Assembly: GCA_965217585.1 (NCBI GenBank) | Contig: OZ244561.1 | Location: 3,904,001-3,968,000 of the forward strand | Source: Candidatus Latescibacterota bacterium | GTDB lineage: Bacteria; Latescibacterota; UBA2968; UBA8231 | Reading direction: 5' to 3' | Length of the DNA stretch: 64,000 nucleotides | Part shown: piece after piece, positions 41,359 through 50,304 of the stretch | How the letters are laid out: each line of letters begins with the position of its first letter | Numbering within the stretch: position 1 is the stretch's first letter | Position numbers and translations under genes: made by a program | The notes under the pieces: generated by a model | What the model was told of the DNA's origin: nothing | Seen by the model: only the letters and a program-made list of their open reading frames with translations | Database searches by the model: none

Positions 41359-41526
41359 TCACTCATCACCCTTCTTCCTCAATCCCCGCCAAAAAGACCC
41401 CAGCAGCCGCAAACATATACGGCATACGTCCCGCAGGATATACAGCCCCAAGCAGACGCTAAAGAAGGCGGCGACTCGGTGATCGGCGGCTAGTTCGACA
41501 ATGCGGTCGAGCAGGGCGGGAATCAC
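41359..41526 (-). CDS. 55-aa hydrophobic small protein
   Basis: GTG overlaps stop of upstream small ORF; hydrophobic stretch then basic tail; fills the intergenic gap. Confidence 0.4.
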   Translation of the reverse strand: MIPALLDRIVELAADHRVAAFFSVCLGLYILRDVCRICLRLLGSFWRGLRKKGDE

Positions 41527-41705
41527 GTTGTATCCGCCTGCTCATAGCAGGGACAGGCGCGCACCGGTAGGCGGGGATACTTGTCCAAGCGCGGGTCGGT
41601 GGCAGCGCGGCGACACAGGTAGAACACCGAGCCGCGCCCAGACTCGACTGAGCGCACGTGGCGGCAGCGGGCGCACAATCCGATCTCAGGCGGCAATTCT
41701 ACCAA
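41523..41705 (-). CDS. Small Cys-rich putative metal-binding protein
   Basis: GLCARC..SVFYLC..KYPRLPV..C; overlaps purM 3' end. Confidence 0.65.
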   Translation of the reverse strand: MVELPPEIGLCARCRHVRSVESGRGSVFYLCRRAATDPRLDKYPRLPVRACPCYEQADTT

Positions 41706-42736
41706 GCGAGCGCCCCCTGCAATGCAACCTCTTGCTCACCAGAGACGATTTCCCCGAGCCGATAGGCTCGGCAATCTTGGGCCGCTGAGTGGGCCAGCAC
41801 CTGTTCCACTGCCTCGGGCGCAACCACCAGCGCCATGCCCACACCCATATTAAACGTGCGCAGCATGTCCGCGTCCTCTAGGTCTCCGGCTGCGCGCAAG
41901 GTGCGGAAGACCGGCGGGATCTGTAGGGCTGCCAAGTCGAGCTGGGCGTTGAGGCCCGGCGGCAAGATGCGGCTGAGGTTGTCGCGGAGGCCGCCGCCGG
42001 TGATGTGGGCCATGCCGTGGAGGCCAGAGTCGGCGAAAAGACCGCGGACGGCATGCAAGTAGCAGGTATGGGGCTTGAGCACCGCTTCGAGGAAGGATTC
42101 GCCGACCACGTCTGCGGCGAGCAGATCGGGTTGCCGGTCTAGGAGGGCGCGGACCAAGGTGTAGCCATTGGTGTGCAGACCGTTGGAAGCGAGCGCCACA
42201 ACCTGATCGCCGGCCTCGATCGCCCGGCCGTCGATGATGCTGTCCTTATCGACGACGCCGATGACGCTGGCGGTCAGCACGTAGAGGCCGTCGGGAACCA
42301 CGCCGGGCTGCACCGAGGTCTCGCCGCCAGTCAAGGTGCAGCCCTGTTGGCGACAGGCGTCGGCCAAGGCGTCCACGAGGTCGTTGACGATGGCTCCCTC
42401 CATAGTGCCGCACACGATGACGTCTTGGATCGAAATCGGCTCGGCACCCATGACGATAATATCGTCGATGAGATGGTTGACCATGTCGTAGCAGACCCCG
42501 CGATGGCGGCCGTGGGCAAAGGCCAACTTCTGCTTGGACCCAGGCTCCTCGCTCTTGTGGACCAGCACCGGGTGTGCGTATCCAGGGAAGCGGGCGTCGA
42601 GCAGGGTGGCAAACGCGCCAATCCGGTTGAGCACGCGCGGATCCGCGGTTTCCATGCTCGCGGCCATGGCGCGCTTGGCCGCATCAGTCTGATCTATATC
42701 GACGCCCGCGCTGGCATAGGAGAGGCGTTGGCTCAT
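41699..42736 (-). CDS. purM: Phosphoribosylformylglycinamidine cyclo-ligase PurM
   Basis: SYASAGVDID, GGET, SNGLHTNGYTL, AHITGGG, RTFNMGVG. Confidence 0.93.
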   Translation of the reverse strand: MSQRLSYASAGVDIDQTDAAKRAMAASMETADPRVLNRIGAFATLLDARFPGYAHPVLVHKSEEPGSKQKLAFAHGRHRGVCYDMVNHLIDDIIVMGAEPISIQDVIVCGTMEGAIVNDLVDALADACRQQGCTLTGGETSVQPGVVPDGLYVLTASVIGVVDKDSIIDGRAIEAGDQVVALASNGLHTNGYTLVRALLDRQPDLLAADVVGESFLEAVLKPHTCYLHAVRGLFADSGLHGMAHITGGGLRDNLSRILPPGLNAQLDLAALQIPPVFRTLRAAGDLEDADMLRTFNMGVGMALVVAPEAVEQVLAHSAAQDCRAYRLGEIVSGEQEVALQGALAW

Positions 42737-43905
42737 GAAGTTCCTTTCTGTTCCATCAGCTCGGGGATCAACTCGACGCCCAACCCCGGCCCAGGCGGAG
42801 CGTGCAGACAACCCTGATGATAGGCCAAGCGCGGTGTGACAACATCGCTCGCCAACAAGCCCGGGCCGACCAAATCCGATGGCGCGCAAACGGCTTTAGT
42901 GGCCACGCCGAGATGCACGGCCGCGGCCGTGCCAATGCCGAGTTCGACCGTGCTGCCGAGCAGGACGGGTACGCCAGCGGCCGCGGCGAGCTGGCTCAGC
43001 CGTTGGGCGCGGTGCAGGCTGCCGGCCTGAACAGGCGCGACGTTGAAGGCATCCACCGCCCGGTGGTGCAAGAGGGCGAAAGCAAACGAGTCGTCAAAGT
43101 CGGCGACATGTTCGATGAGGGCCGCGGGCACGGCCGCGCGCACCCTCGCCAAGGCCAAGGCCGCGGCGTCCGGGTCGGCATTGACCTGTTCGGGGTGGTC
43201 CTTGGCCACTTTGCGCGCAACGCATTGGATCGGCGTCTCAACCGCATCTACGCCCAGCGCGGCCAGTTCGCGGATCCGCTCAATGGCCTCTTCTTCTTCC
43301 CACGCGCCCGAAGCATCGGCCTTGAGGTACGCATCCGGACCGACAATCCGGCGGCAGACGCGGACGCGCTCGCAGTCGAGGTCAAAGTCGGCCCCCACCT
43401 TGAGCTTGAAGGCCCTAAAGCCCGCGGCGACTTTTTCCTGAATTTCTTCTGCCATCTCATCTGCACTGCGGATGTACGCGACCCAGGAGATGGGTAGCGC
43501 GTCCCGGTACTGGCCGCCTAAAAGCGCGTGGGCCGGGGCGTTGTAATACTTGCCCGCGAGGTCGATCAGGGCCATTTCCACGGCTGCACAGACGAGCCGG
43601 CGGAATTCCGGGTGGTCGCTAGCGGGCAGCGCCTCGGCGACGCGCTCCCAAGCGACGAGGCGTTTGCGCGGATCAGCACCGACCAGTAAGGGCGTCAGGG
43701 TGTCGCACAGGGCCGCCGGCGACGGCGCTTGCCACGTATCCTCTAGGTCCGAGATTTCGCCGAGCCCGCGTAGGCCGGTATTGGTCTCGATTTCCAGCAC
43801 GTAGTAGCGCGAGGCATTCTTGCTGTGGCCGCCCGTGGGGGCTACGTGGGTGTGGTACACGCGGGCTACGGCGACCGAGTAAACGCGGATGTGGCAGATG
43901 TGCAT
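42733..43905 (-). CDS. Mandelate racemase/muconate lactonizing enzyme family protein
   Basis: GLGE, EMALIDLAGK, LLGG, FKLKVG, P.GPGLGVE. Confidence 0.88.
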   Translation of the reverse strand: MHICHIRVYSVAVARVYHTHVAPTGGHSKNASRYYVLEIETNTGLRGLGEISDLEDTWQAPSPAALCDTLTPLLVGADPRKRLVAWERVAEALPASDHPEFRRLVCAAVEMALIDLAGKYYNAPAHALLGGQYRDALPISWVAYIRSADEMAEEIQEKVAAGFRAFKLKVGADFDLDCERVRVCRRIVGPDAYLKADASGAWEEEEAIERIRELAALGVDAVETPIQCVARKVAKDHPEQVNADPDAAALALARVRAAVPAALIEHVADFDDSFAFALLHHRAVDAFNVAPVQAGSLHRAQRLSQLAAAAGVPVLLGSTVELGIGTAAAVHLGVATKAVCAPSDLVGPGLLASDVVTPRLAYHQGCLHAPPGPGLGVELIPELMEQKGTS

Positions 43906-43998
43906 AAGGCGACTCGGGAAAGGTGAATGGCCGGATTGTACGGCTGGCCCTCGGCGGAGTCAACCGTATATTATTGACCATTTTAACAGGAGTGCCGG

Positions 43999-44721
43999 AT
44001 GACGGCCACCGAAGAAATCCTCGTGCTGAGCGCGACGGCCTTTGAGCAGCTTGCCCTCAGGGAGGCCGTGGCCGAGCGCGTGCAGCGCAAAGTCGCCGAG
44101 CGCGAATGGGTGAGCGGGAAAATTGGCACTCAGCCGGTGACCTTGGTAGCAACCGGGATCGGCGCGGTGAACACAGCGCATGCGCTCACCTGCTACTTGC
44201 AGGGGCAGCGGCCGCGGCGGGTCGTCCAGATCGGCGTGGGCGGGGCGTATCCACAGAGCGGCGCAAGCGTCGGGGACTTGGCCTTGGCCAGCGCGGAATA
44301 CTATGGGGATCTGGGGGTGCGGACGCCGGATGGCTGGCAGGGGGGAGAGCTGATTGGCATTCCGGTGCTGGAGAAAGAACGCTCTTATTACAATTGCTTT
44401 CCCATCGACGAGCAGTGGGTGCAGCGGGCGGCAGCGGTTTTGCCGGAAGCCTATATCGGCCCCTTCGTCACCGTGCAGGAATGCACGGGCACCGACGAAT
44501 TGGGGGTGGAAAGAGGGCGGCGCTTTGGGGCCTTGTGCGAGAACATGGAAGGGGCGGCCGCCGCACACATATGTGCCCTGTACGGGGTGCCTTTTGCCGA
44601 ACTGCGCGCCATGAGCAACATCGTCGAGCAGCGGGCGCGGGAGCAATGGGATTTGCCGCGAGCTGCCGCTAGGGCGCAAGCTGCGGCTCAGAAGCTCTTG
44701 GAGGAGGGACTATGCGCGTGA
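43999..44721 (+). CDS. mqnB: Futalosine hydrolase MqnB
   Basis: TGIGAVNTA, GVGGAY, ENMEGAAAA, ELRAMSN.V..R...W; adjacent to mqnD. Confidence 0.9.
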   Translation: MTATEEILVLSATAFEQLALREAVAERVQRKVAEREWVSGKIGTQPVTLVATGIGAVNTAHALTCYLQGQRPRRVVQIGVGGAYPQSGASVGDLALASAEYYGDLGVRTPDGWQGGELIGIPVLEKERSYYNCFPIDEQWVQRAAAVLPEAYIGPFVTVQECTGTDELGVERGRRFGALCENMEGAAAAHICALYGVPFAELRAMSNIVEQRAREQWDLPRAAARAQAAAQKLLEEGLCA

Positions 44722-45539
44722 CCTTGGGCTATTCGCCCTGTCCCAACGATACGTTTGTCTTTTGCGGCTTGGTCCATGGGCATATCGCCGGCGCACCGGT
44801 ATGCGAGGAGGTGCTAGCGGACATTGAGACGCTCAATGAGATGGCGCTACGGGGGCAACTCGACGCGACCAAAATATCCTTCCACGCGCTGGCGCACTTG
44901 CGGGAGCAGTACTGCCTTCTGCACTCGGGTGGTGCCTTGGGGAGGGGGTGCGGGCCGCTGTTGGTAGCGCGGGAGCGGCTGACGCGGGAAGACCTCAAGC
45001 ACAAGCGGATCGCCATCCCCGGGCGACTGACCACCGCAGCCCTGCTGCTGAGGCTCTTTGACCCCAGCATTGAGCAGCTAGCGGTCATGCCGTTCGACCA
45101 GATCGTGGACGCGACCGCGCAAGGTGTAGTCGATGCGGGCGTCATCATCCACGAGAGCCGCTTCACCTATGCCCAACACGGGCTAGCAGCAATCATCGAC
45201 CTTGGCCAGTGGTGGGAGGAAAGCACCGGGCATCCGATTCCCCTCGGCGGCATCCTCGCGCGGCGCAGCCTCGGGGCCGAACTCATTGGCCGACTCGATC
45301 GCGCGCTCGTGCAGAGTGTGGAGTACGCCTATGCCCATCCGGACGCGGTGCGGGGCTACATCCGCCAGCACGCCCAAGAGATGGACGACAGCGTCATGCA
45401 GGCGCACATCGACCTGTACGTCAATCAGCACACGCTCGACTACGGAGCCGACGGCGAGGCCGCCATATTCGACCTGATCGAGCGGGCCGAGCGGGCCGGC
45501 ATCGCGCCCAAGTCCGAGGCCCCGCTCTTTATCTCTTAA
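44712..45539 (+). CDS. mqnD: 1,4-dihydroxy-6-naphthoate synthase MqnD
   Basis: SPCPNDTF, GGALGRGCGPL, IIHESRFTY, DLG.WW, PIPLGG, HIDLYVN. Confidence 0.95.
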   Translation: MRVTLGYSPCPNDTFVFCGLVHGHIAGAPVCEEVLADIETLNEMALRGQLDATKISFHALAHLREQYCLLHSGGALGRGCGPLLVARERLTREDLKHKRIAIPGRLTTAALLLRLFDPSIEQLAVMPFDQIVDATAQGVVDAGVIIHESRFTYAQHGLAAIIDLGQWWEESTGHPIPLGGILARRSLGAELIGRLDRALVQSVEYAYAHPDAVRGYIRQHAQEMDDSVMQAHIDLYVNQHTLDYGADGEAAIFDLIERAERAGIAPKSEAPLFIS

Positions 45540-45561
45540 CAATCATCAGGGAGTAATACGT

Positions 45562-46584
45562 GTGAAACTAGTGCAATTCATCGAGCCGGGCGACGGCATG
45601 CGCTTGGGCCTCGTCGCCGGTGACGAGGTCTTAGACCTGACGAGCGCAGAACAGGGACCGCGCACCGTGCATCAACTCTACTACGACGGCGGTGGCGACG
45701 AGATCGGGCTGGTGGCTGCCGCTCAGAACCTGCAAAAACAGGCTACGCGCCGCTTGCCGTTAGACGCGCTGTTGGCCAACCGCAGCACCCGCGACCCGTA
45801 CCTCACCAAGCCAGTCAGCGGCCCGCCCGGCCATCCCCACGCCCTGCGCGTGTGGCTAGCCGGAGTCACTCACCAAGTCAGCGCCAAATTGCGCGAAATT
45901 GAGGCCCAGCAGGCCACTGGCGAGGCGGTCAACGTGTACGACCAGAAATACCGCGAAGTGTCTGGCGGCGGCCGACCCGAGCTGTTCGCCAAGGGCGAGC
46001 CGGACGCCGTCGTCGGGCACGGCCAGCCCATCACCCGACCCGGCGATACCCAGCGCTTGGTACCCGAGACCGAGCTGGTGTCGGTCTATGGCTTGACGCG
46101 CCAGGGCCGCTTAGAGAGACTGGGCTACACCGGCGGCAACGACGCCACCGACAATGGCATTGAGGCCGCCAATCCCCTCAACTTGCCCCAAGCCAAAAAC
46201 TGGGCCGGTGGGTGTGCTTCCCTAGGGCCGGTGTTAGTCACGGCCGACGAGTACGACGACGCCGAGGTCGAGGTCTCGTGCCGCATCCTGCGCGATGGAC
46301 AATCCATAGCCTACAAAAAGGGCTCGACCGGCCAGAACAACCTGAACATGCCCGGGCAGCTCCTGCACTTAGAGCGCCACCTTTTCAGGCGGCTGCCCCT
46401 AGCCCCGCGCACTTTAATGGCGTTTTATTGGGGGACGCCCATCGTCTTTGCCGAGGCGGACTTGGCGACGGGGCTTTTGGATGGGGACGTGATGCAGTTG
46501 GAGTTTTCCGGCGGGATCGGGGTTTTGGAAAATCCAGTGGTGCCGCTCGAAGAGACAACGCAACTACAGGGGTTAGGAGGATAG
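45562..46584 (+). CDS. Fumarylacetoacetate hydrolase-family protein (keto-deoxy sugar acid dehydratase-like)
   Basis: VWLAGVT, RPELFAKG, VPETEL, GYT.GND, IEAANPL.LPQAK, LGP. Confidence 0.8.
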   Translation: MKLVQFIEPGDGMRLGLVAGDEVLDLTSAEQGPRTVHQLYYDGGGDEIGLVAAAQNLQKQATRRLPLDALLANRSTRDPYLTKPVSGPPGHPHALRVWLAGVTHQVSAKLREIEAQQATGEAVNVYDQKYREVSGGGRPELFAKGEPDAVVGHGQPITRPGDTQRLVPETELVSVYGLTRQGRLERLGYTGGNDATDNGIEAANPLNLPQAKNWAGGCASLGPVLVTADEYDDAEVEVSCRILRDGQSIAYKKGSTGQNNLNMPGQLLHLERHLFRRLPLAPRTLMAFYWGTPIVFAEADLATGLLDGDVMQLEFSGGIGVLENPVVPLEETTQLQGLGG

Positions 46585-46586
46585 CG

Positions 46587-47183
46587 TTAGTTCTCCACTC
46601 TTTCGAACAGATCCAAGTGCTCGCCTATGCCAACGAGTTTTCCATGTAGATGCCGAACGTCAACGACCGCCCCAAAGCGAATGAATATCTTTTTAAAGTG
46701 CTCGTACTGCGGGCCCCAATAGACCATCGCGCAGGACATTGGAGCACCCTTGCCACCGTCCCTCCCATTTACGAGGAAGCGCAGCCGAGTGTCGTAGAGA
46801 AACGCGACCGCAGTGGCAGCGCCGAACACGTATTGTTTCCAGTGGCGAGTATTCGTAGCGACAGGCACAAGGGCGAGCACCTCAACACCATGTTGTACGT
46901 GAGCCTCGGTGCATTTTCGGAGCCAATCTCGAATCGTGGTGCCTCTCTCGCGGTCTCTGCCGTATGGAGGATTGACGAAGATGGTGGGATAATTCCACGA
47001 TGCCGATAATCCGTCAATCTCAGGCAGAGAGTACTCTACAGTCGCCCCCACGATAGAATGGCGATTGGAGCATGGGTCCAGCGCGACTGATTCGGCGAAA
47101 AACTCTCGTATTGCGTTAACGTACTTTAGCGGAGTGCACCAATGTTGGCTTAGCACCTCGGCATTGTTACGTCCTGCAGTCAT
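46587..47183 (-). CDS. DNA N6-adenine methyltransferase (phage Dam-like), orphan
   Basis: W.TP, LDPCS, DGL, FVNPPYG, LVP.AT.T, RLRF. Confidence 0.85.
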   Translation of the reverse strand: MTAGRNNAEVLSQHWCTPLKYVNAIREFFAESVALDPCSNRHSIVGATVEYSLPEIDGLSASWNYPTIFVNPPYGRDRERGTTIRDWLRKCTEAHVQHGVEVLALVPVATNTRHWKQYVFGAATAVAFLYDTRLRFLVNGRDGGKGAPMSCAMVYWGPQYEHFKKIFIRFGAVVDVRHLHGKLVGIGEHLDLFERVEN

Positions 47184-47320
47184 GCCTAGTCTTCCTCCTA
47201 CCAGCTTTTTGCAGCGAGTTTCCGCAGATCAGTCTGTAGATTCTCAATCGTACCGTCACGGGGAGATATGATTTAAGCCACGGCTTGTCCTCGTCGTCTG
47301 CCCAGGCGCAACGTGCTCAC

Positions 47321-48805
47321 CTAACGGCGATACTGGTCGAGCGCCCCTCGCCTCGGATCGAAGGTCGTAGCGTGGTTCCACGAGGCGTCGTGCTTGTACA
47401 TCACATCCCGGATTAGGCGGCGGCGGTAGAGGCTGTCGAGGTTGTCGGCGGCCATTTTATCGGGGTCGAAGCGGTCGAGGATCAGCTCGCGCAAGCGCGT
47501 TTCAGTTGCGGCGTGCTCGGCTGTACCGGCGAGGTTGTTCCACTCGCCGGGATCGCTCTCCAAGTCAAAAAGCTGCGGCTGGTGGCCGTGGATGTAATTG
47601 TATTTGAATCGGCCTTGGCGAGCCATGATACAGGGCGCGCCCACCGCCTCGTGGGCTTGGGCGAAGATGTGGCGGTCGGCGCTGCGGCCCTCAATAATCG
47701 GCAGGAGGCTGGTGCCATCGTGGGGCAAGCTCGCCTCTGTACCGGCTAGCTCGCAAAAAGTCGGCAGCAGGTCGAGAAGCGATGTCGGCGTCTCGACGGT
47801 GGTGCCTGCCTGCCACTGGTCGGGGAAGCGGACGATGAGGGGGACGCGACAAGACCACTCGTAAAAACAGCGCTTCTGCACCATCTCCTTTTCGCACAGC
47901 ATGTCGCCGTGGTCGGAGGTAAAGACCACAACCGTATTGTCGAGCAGACCCGTTCCCTCCAGCGTCTCCAGTAAGCCGCCAACCTTGTCGTCGAGGTACG
48001 TCACCAAGCCATAGTACGCGCGGCGCAAGCGGCGCAGGCTCTCGGGATCGCGCAAGTTGAAGCGGCGGGTGCCGTGGTAGGCGTTGAGCCAGCGATCCAT
48101 CGCCGAGTAGGTCTCATCGAGGTGGTCAGGAAATTCGGGGATGGCAATTTCGGCGGCTGCGTAGCGGTCCCAGTACGCCTGCGGCGGGTGAAACGGCTCG
48201 TGCGGGTGGTGGAAGGAGGCACAGAGCAAGAAGGGGGTATCGCCGCGTTGGGCGCGCAGGTATTCAACGGCGCGGAATTGCGTCTCTTCGTCGTAGCTGA
48301 GGGCGTTGTGCCAGAAGTTGACCCGTACGGCTTGGCCGGTGTAGCCACCGGCGTTGTATGTGGGTCGGTCGCTCATGACCTCTTCGTAATGGTCCCCCTT
48401 GGTCTCCTTGATGCGGATCCACTCTTCCTTTACCCAAGAAAAGTCGGGCGGATAGATATCGGTCGTCAGCCGGCGGTGGAAGCCGTGTACCTGGTCGGGG
48501 CCGACGAAGTGCATCTTGCCCGAAAGCACGGTGTCGTAGCCAGCGTTGCTGAGGTAGTGGGCGTATGATGGCACATCCGCGGGCAAGAGCGCGCCGTTGT
48601 CCCAGGCACCGATCTCGGATGCGTGACGTCCACTGGTGATGCAGGCGCGGCCCGGAGCGCACATATAGGCCGAGTCAAAGCGGACGCCTTCGGCAGCGAG
48701 GCGATTCAAGTGCGGCGTTTGGACGACTGGATGGCCGTAGGCACCGGTCAGGGCGGCAATGAGCTGATCGGAGATGACGAAGAGGATATTGGGGCGGTCG
48801 GACAT
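47321..48805 (-). CDS. Choline-sulfatase-like sulfatase
   Basis: RPNIL...DQ, CAPGR (CxPxR), SGKMHFVGPDQ.HGF, HPH.P, SDHG. Confidence 0.88.
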   Translation of the reverse strand: MSDRPNILFVISDQLIAALTGAYGHPVVQTPHLNRLAAEGVRFDSAYMCAPGRACITSGRHASEIGAWDNGALLPADVPSYAHYLSNAGYDTVLSGKMHFVGPDQVHGFHRRLTTDIYPPDFSWVKEEWIRIKETKGDHYEEVMSDRPTYNAGGYTGQAVRVNFWHNALSYDEETQFRAVEYLRAQRGDTPFLLCASFHHPHEPFHPPQAYWDRYAAAEIAIPEFPDHLDETYSAMDRWLNAYHGTRRFNLRDPESLRRLRRAYYGLVTYLDDKVGGLLETLEGTGLLDNTVVVFTSDHGDMLCEKEMVQKRCFYEWSCRVPLIVRFPDQWQAGTTVETPTSLLDLLPTFCELAGTEASLPHDGTSLLPIIEGRSADRHIFAQAHEAVGAPCIMARQGRFKYNYIHGHQPQLFDLESDPGEWNNLAGTAEHAATETRLRELILDRFDPDKMAADNLDSLYRRRLIRDVMYKHDASWNHATTFDPRRGALDQYRR

Positions 48806-48947
48806 GGTTTAGCTCCAGCTAAAATGGGAAAGGACTTTCCTTTGCGAAGGTGCAGAGGCCCTATACTTACGTTCTAAACAAGACCGAGTTTCCGGCGAAG
48901 CTCCTCTGTACGGCTAGGGCTCGCACGCTCCGGTTTATTCCTGCACT

Positions 48948-49073
48948 CTACAGGGTCTTTGGGACGGGGAGAGGCTTCAGACGGTGGGCTAAGCCGAAGA
49001 CATGGCCGTCGATGCGGACGGTGTAGTATCCTTCCATGTGCTCATTGGGAACGACAGCGAGGCGCTTGGTCAT
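48948..49073 (-). CDS. 41-aa ORF coupled to HNH gene (possibly truncated gene)
   Basis: GGAGG RBS; ATG overlaps HNH stop (ATGA); MTKRLAVVPNEHMEGYYTVRIDGHVFG... Confidence 0.4.
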   Translation of the reverse strand: MTKRLAVVPNEHMEGYYTVRIDGHVFGLAHRLKPLPVPKTL

Positions 49074-49723
49074 CTCTTCCTCCATAGGTTTGCCCATTGC
49101 GCTTTGCGTCGGGACATGCTTTGGGTATGGGGCGATGAGGAAGGCGCGGGCGTCTGGAACTTTTCCGGGTCTATGGGCGGTTGGGCCGGCGTCCTCTCCC
49201 GCTGCGGTAAGTAGGAGGCGTATTTTTTTCTAAACTCAATGTCGGTCATCGTGCCTTTGGCTTGGTTGCAATGGCAGCAGGCTAACTGGCAGTTTCGGAT
49301 GTGGTCCGAGCCACCTAGGGCCTTCGGAATCATATGCTCGATTTGGAGTTCGTCGTACTGGTACACGTTACCGCAATAAACACACTTGCCTTGCTGCTTG
49401 TCGAACAACAGGCGTTTGTCCTCGGCCTTCGGGTCATCTTCCAGTAAAGCGGCGCGTTCGTCGAAGGTGTCGGCCCTGACCGGGTCGTACCTGCGGGTCT
49501 TCTGCTTGTCTTCCGCCGATTTCGGCTTTTTCTTGCACGCCGCGTTGGCTTTCTTGTTGCACTCGATGCAGAAAGGATACTTTGTGTCTTTGTACACGCC
49601 GCATTGTGGGCATTCGTTAATAGCGCCTTTCCGTTTTCTCCACCAGTGTTCACGGCACAAGTAATGGCCTTCCTGTACTTCCTCGTTGCAGGATTGCTCT
49701 TTGCAGATGTTCGGTCTCGTCAT
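49070..49723 (-). CDS. HNH endonuclease with N-terminal Cys/His zinc-binding region
   Basis: CVYCG..IEHMIP...GG....N...AC..CN..K; N-terminal C-x4-C, C-x2-H, CPQC, CIEC. Confidence 0.87.
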   Translation of the reverse strand: MTRPNICKEQSCNEEVQEGHYLCREHWWRKRKGAINECPQCGVYKDTKYPFCIECNKKANAACKKKPKSAEDKQKTRRYDPVRADTFDERAALLEDDPKAEDKRLLFDKQQGKCVYCGNVYQYDELQIEHMIPKALGGSDHIRNCQLACCHCNQAKGTMTDIEFRKKYASYLPQRERTPAQPPIDPEKFQTPAPSSSPHTQSMSRRKAQWANLWRKR

Positions 49724-49802
49724 GGGGATTTTGTCTTTTTTATGATTTAACAGATAGGCTTCCCGCCAGCGTCACGGACGCGAGTTTCGTTATAGGAGAA
49801 TC

Positions 49803-50294
49803 TCATCCCCTCCAGCCAGTCGTGAAGTTTAGCTGCCGGGTGAAGGCGAACGCGTCACAGCAATGTACATTAAGGTTGCCGCACACATCGGGAATATGTC
49901 GGTTTGCCCGTTGCATACTCGGTTTGGACACTTCGGTTGTGACGATGCACCGTCGTTTTGTGTCGGCGAGGGCATACGCAATGAGAAACGGGTCGCTGCC
50001 GAGTTTCATGATCTCTGCGTCGTCCAGATCTGGCGCGTAGCCTTTGTTGACCACACGCCTTACGAGTTCTGCCTGAACGGATTCGTCGAGCACCAAGGTG
50101 TCCTTGTTGGCTTTCGACCACTCCGTAAGTCCGTCATTGCCTTTGGCGACCTCCTCATATATCTCCTGCGGAACCTTGGCCTGTTGGCTCCTACAGACAT
50201 GGAGGAGCCAATCCCAGAACTCTGGAACTCGCTCAATAGGATAGTAATCGCGGTTCGCATCAATAAGGACATTAGCGTCGAGCAAATAGAGCAT
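49803..50294 (-). CDS. DUF4411-family PIN-domain protein
   Basis: YLLDANVLI, FWDW, EE, DPFLIAYA, VTTE, IPDVC. Confidence 0.88.
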   Translation of the reverse strand: MLYLLDANVLIDANRDYYPIERVPEFWDWLLHVCRSQQAKVPQEIYEEVAKGNDGLTEWSKANKDTLVLDESVQAELVRRVVNKGYAPDLDDAEIMKLGSDPFLIAYALADTKRRCIVTTEVSKPSMQRANRHIPDVCGNLNVHCCDAFAFTRQLNFTTGWRG

Positions 50295-50304
50295 GCGCCG
50301 ACAC

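Noticed and set aside
49744-49796. attC site between DUF4411 and HNH genes (CTATAAC...GTTAAAT on minus strand)
   Set aside because: Too short, with poor inner-box pairing and spacing
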